This document shows, one piece after another, positions 47,600-51,687 of a stretch of DNA of 51,687 nt. Numbering within the stretch: the first letter of the stretch is position 1; the number at the start of each line of letters is the position of its first letter. Source of the DNA: Octopus bimaculoides (taxonomy: Eukaryota); contig NC_068999.1 in NCBI RefSeq assembly GCF_001194135.2, positions 29,598,147 to 29,649,833 on the forward strand, written 5' to 3'. Made by a program: the position numbers and the translations under genes. Below the pieces are notes generated by a model. The model made no database searches. It was given only the letters and a program-made list of their open reading frames with translations, and had not been told where the DNA came from.

Positions 47600-49085
47600 G
47601 AAACTGCTATGGTAAAACAATCAACCATCTCTTGAATATGGATGAGCTAAAACTGTATGCTGCAAATGATAAACAACTGGAAATATTATTAGAGAGTGCA
47701 TGAATTTACCAAAGAAATAAACGTGAAATTTGGCTAAGAAAAATGTGCCAAAGCAACCTTGAAAAGAGGAAAACTAGTAAAGAGGAACGATATTATACTA
47801 GATAAAGAAAATGAAATAAGAGAATTAGACCAAATCCAGATATACAACTACTTAGAAACCAACGAGCTCGACACAACACAATACACACAAATGAAAGAGA
47901 AGATAAGAAAGGAATACTATAGAAGAATTAGATTAATACTTAAAACAGAGCTCAATGCAACAAGAGCTATCTACTCTAGCTGTCCCAGTTATAATTAATT
48001 GGACATTAAATGAATTAACCAAACTAGACAGGAAAGCAAGAAAAATAATGATGGAATTTAGAATACACCACCCCAAATCTGACATAGAAAACTACTATAA
48101 AATAACCACCATAGGATTATGCAAATATCTAACTTAAAACCAAGGAAAACAGTTACAAATAGCCACAAAACATTAGTAAAACAAAATACTGTTTTCAAGG
48201 AAGCCATAAAATAAAAGTAAGAGGTCATAGTACCTGACAGCTAAGAAGAAAAATAGCAAATAACAATAGCTGTAAAGCAACTGAAATCTAAACTAGAACT
48301 GGAACAAAAAAATACCATGATAAAACAATGGCGCCCTTACATGGCAAATACTGGGATAAGCTAAACAGAAAAGAAATAGACAAAGTAAAATCCCAACAAT
48401 GGTTGAGAAGTTTAGGACTCAAAACAGAAACCACCAGAAATACATAATGAAGAAAAATACAATAAGTAACTGCAGAATATGTGGTGATGAAGAAGAAATA
48501 AATCATATTGTCTCTGGCTGCTCAGTCCTGATTAAGAAGGAATATATCCACAGACATGACAGAGTCGGGACCTATATACACTAGAAACTATGCCAACACT
48601 ATGAAATGACAACAGAAAAAAATGGTACAGGCATATACCAGAAAATGACAAACCAATCATACTTTGGGATATGCTAATACACACAGATAGAGAGATCAAG
48701 ACTAATAGACCGGATATAGTCATCAGAGATCAAGAAAAAAATGCCTTCTAATCAATATATCAATCACAACAGATGACAATGTAATAGAAATGGAGAAACT
48801 CTCAAAATACAAAGATTTGGAAATAGAGATAACCTGAATGTGGAACCTAAAACCAGAAACAATCCCTATTGGTGCATTAGGTATGATTAAAAAACATACA
48901 AATATATAAGCAAAACACCAGGACTTATGAATATATATAACAGAGAGAAAATAACACTATGGGCACACACACATCCTACATAAAGCATTCTCAATACAAT
49001 GAAAATAAGAGCACCACAGCACATACGCAAGGAACACAGAGCTGTACTCAGTAGTGCAGTGAAAGCAGGTGATAAGAATAAGATT
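47600..49085 (+). mobile_element. R4/Dong-like 3' half (RT C-terminus, CCHC knuckle, RLE) ending at (AAT)n
   Basis: INHLLNMDELKLYA (decayed YMDD motif), CRICGDEEEINHIVSGC, ILWDMLIHTDREIKTNRPDIVIRD, EKLSKYKDLEIE. Confidence 0.88.
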
Positions 49086-49220
49086 AATAATGATAATAAT
49101 AATAATAATAATAATAATAGTTTTCAAATTTTGGCACAACATCAGCCCAAGCACTCAATTGGTACTTATTTTCTCAACCTCATAGGAAATATTTATTTTC
49201 ACAAGTGCTTAATGAATCCT

Positions 49221-49604
49221 GTGGCGGCGCAATGGCCCAGTGGTTAGGGCAGCAGACTCACGGTCATAGGATCGCGGTTTTGATTCCCAGACCAGGTGTT
49301 GTGAATGTTTATTGAGCAAAAACACTTAAAGATCCATGAGGCTCCGGCAGGGGATGGTGGTGAACCCTGCTGTACTCTTTCACCACAACTTTCTCTCACT
49401 CTTACTTCCCATTTCTGTTGTGCCTGTAATTCAAAGGGTCAGCCTTGTCACACTGTGTCATGCTGAATATTCCCGAGAACTAAGTTATGGGTACACGTGT
49501 CTGTGGAGTGCTCAGCCACTAGCATGTTAATTCCACGAGCAGGCTGTTCCGTTGATCGGATCAACTGGAACCCTCGACGTCGTAAGTGACGGAGTGCCAA
49601 CAAC
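49221..49604 (+). mobile_element. Complete tRNA-derived SINE with 10-bp TSD
   Basis: A box TGGCCCAGTGG (49233-49243), B box GGTTTTGATTCCC, (CAA)n end. TSD AATGAATCCT at 49211-49220 and 49605-49614. Confidence 0.88.
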
Positions 49605-50116
49605 AATGAATCCTAAAGAGGCAAAGGACATAAAATGTATAAATTCTTGAAAGAAAATATAAACTAAATAAGTGAAAAATAAAGTTTTAATTAATAAGTT
49701 TAGTTGTCTACACAGATTAGCAGATTAAGAGTCGAAGTATTAATATATGTAGGAAGGCCAACAGAAATAGGGGTAATTTAAATTCAAAGACATACAAGGA
49801 TTAATACTATCATGTTAAACAATGGAGACAGTGATGTTTATAACTTCTATAGGTCATCATGGTGAGAAGGACTCAGTTGAGATAGATAAGGCTGATGCTG
49901 AGTATAGATTACATGTAAAACATAAGCAAATAATGGGAGGGAGGAAGAAATACAGAAAATGTTGGTGTTTCAACTAATGTTTACTTGGGATGTGATGTCT
50001 TCAGCTGAACATTGTTGACCAGTGTTAAGACTCCAACCTTTGTGCATGAAGCCACCACCACCATTTTATGCTGAATAAAAATTAAGATGGGTTGATGGTG
50101 GTGGTGGTTGGGGAGA

Positions 50117-50156
<40 letters not shown>

Positions 50157-50704
50157 AATAGCTAAGTTACAAGAGCAATAAAAATAGTTAATAAATCTGG
50201 GAGAGTTAGGAAGTGAAACTTCAAGCTGAAGTACTTAAAAATCTTAATTAATGACTGTCATGTTCCACTTAGAGCTGAAGAGAATATACTGTATATAGCA
50301 ACATGTCTCCAGAACTATGTATTTTGGTAAAGATAAATGAATCAACAATACAGAGAAGGTTGCAAAATTGGAAAAGGTGGTGGTGGTGGTGAGAGGGAGT
50401 AGCAGTCACAAATGTTGGTTTTGAGAAGAACATCCAGTGGAAGCATTCTCATTTATCATATTTTTAATAATTGATATTAACATGCAATAATGGAAGTTTT
50501 TATTTTTAAGACTGATCCAAATAATGTCCATGGTATCCTTTATGAGCCAATGATAATTATGCAACAGCTATGGAAAAAAACATTATACAACTGAAGTGGA
50601 CACACCCATTGATAGGGTTGTTTTCCTAAAACAATTTTTGATGTTGTTACCTAACTAGTAGTGAACTTTATTTGTTTTGATCTCCTCTGGTAGATATTCT
50701 TTTA

Positions 50705-50957
50705 TTCGTTTTTCTTTTACTTGTTTCAGTCATTTGACTGCAGCCATGCTGGAGCATCGCCTTTAGCTGAAAAAATCAACCCCAGGAATTATTCTTTGTA
50801 AGCCTAGTACTTATTCTATCAGTCTCTTTTGCCGAACCACTAAGTTATGAGGACACGAATAAATCAACATCAGTTGTCAAGCAATGTTGGGGGTGACAAA
50901 CACACACAGACAAACATACACACACAAATATATATATATGTGTATATATATATTATA
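50705..50957 (-). mobile_element. SINE 3' half adjoining a (CA)/(TA) microsatellite
   Basis: Minus strand AACTTAGTGGTTCGGCAAAAGAGACTGATAGAATAAGTACTAGGC...TGACTGAAACAAGTAAAAGAA. The head is not seen (N gap). Confidence 0.6.
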
Positions 50958-51564
50958 NNNNNNNNNNNNNNNNNNNNNNNNNNNNNNNNNNNNNNNNNNN
51001 NNNNNNNNNNNNNNNNNNNNNNNNNNNNNNNNNNNNNNNNNNNNNNNNNNNNNNNNNNNNNNNNNNNNNNNNNNNNNNNNNNNNNNNNNNNNNNNNNNNN
51101 NNNNNNNNNNNNNNNNNNNNNNNNNNNNNNNNNNNNNNNNNNNNNNNNNNNNNNNNNNNNNNNNNNNNNNNNNNNNNNNNNNNNNNNNNNNNNNNNNNNN
51201 NTTGCATGTATGTGTGTGTCTGTGTGAATCCCTAAAAACTCGAGAACTACACAACCAATTTGATTCAAATTTTACACATACCTTACTTAGGGTCCCGGTT
51301 GTGTTTTAGTGAAAAAAATTTATTAACTTCTTGCATAGTTCGAGCCCACAGCAACATAATATCTCCTCCACTATTTAAGTATTACGTGTCAAAAGTGAAA
51401 CAAAAACACTCATGTCAAATACTTTCACTTTAAAAATGAAACTTTTCCACTATTTCAGTATCAAAACTCAAACAATCACATTTCGATACTGTAATGACAG
51501 ATACTTTAACTTTAATGGTTTCATTTTCATACTGAATCTACTACAGTGAAACTATACTCTCATA

Positions 51565-51687
51565 TATATACAGGCATACATATATATATATCCATACATA
51601 CAAGCATATATATATCTGCACAAATGTATCCATATACATGTATATATATACATGTATATATATACATGTATATATATACATGTATAT
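51565..51687. repeat. (TA)/(TATACATG)-type low-complexity tandem repeat
   Basis: Read directly. Confidence 0.85.

Overview
This is AT-rich, microsatellite-rich eukaryotic DNA with eight N gaps. The SINE/LINE repertoire suggests an octopus-like cephalopod (inference). One host gene is supported: the last two coding exons of WTAP/fl(2)d, an m6A-writer subunit, on the minus strand (24232-24386 and 8102-9324). Intron phases match my recollection of human WTAP, and the C-terminal tail is long and acidic. The rest is mostly decayed transposable elements: two RTE LINE families (one nested in itself), CR1, R4/Dong-like RLE LINEs, a maT/DD37D transposon and several tRNA-derived SINE families. The most interesting signal is Penelope-like (PLE) biology visible in the DNA. 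(1) A 2.5-kb element (40490-42991) has two direct repeats, each carrying a minimal hammerhead ribozyme, plus an inverted terminal extension, a 12-bp TSD and a probable retained 5'-UTR intron. It has no RT or endonuclease. Its only cargo is a gag/ORF1-like CCHC zinc-knuckle ORF, so it looks like a protein-coding retrozyme-like PLE satellite. (2) A GIY-YIG PLE family has a pseudo-LTR that fuses a tRNA-like Pol III promoter to a hammerhead with a compensatory stem change. It is inserted three times as asymmetric inverted pairs with 12-16-bp TSDs. All calls come from reading the sequence by eye; no database search or folding program was run.
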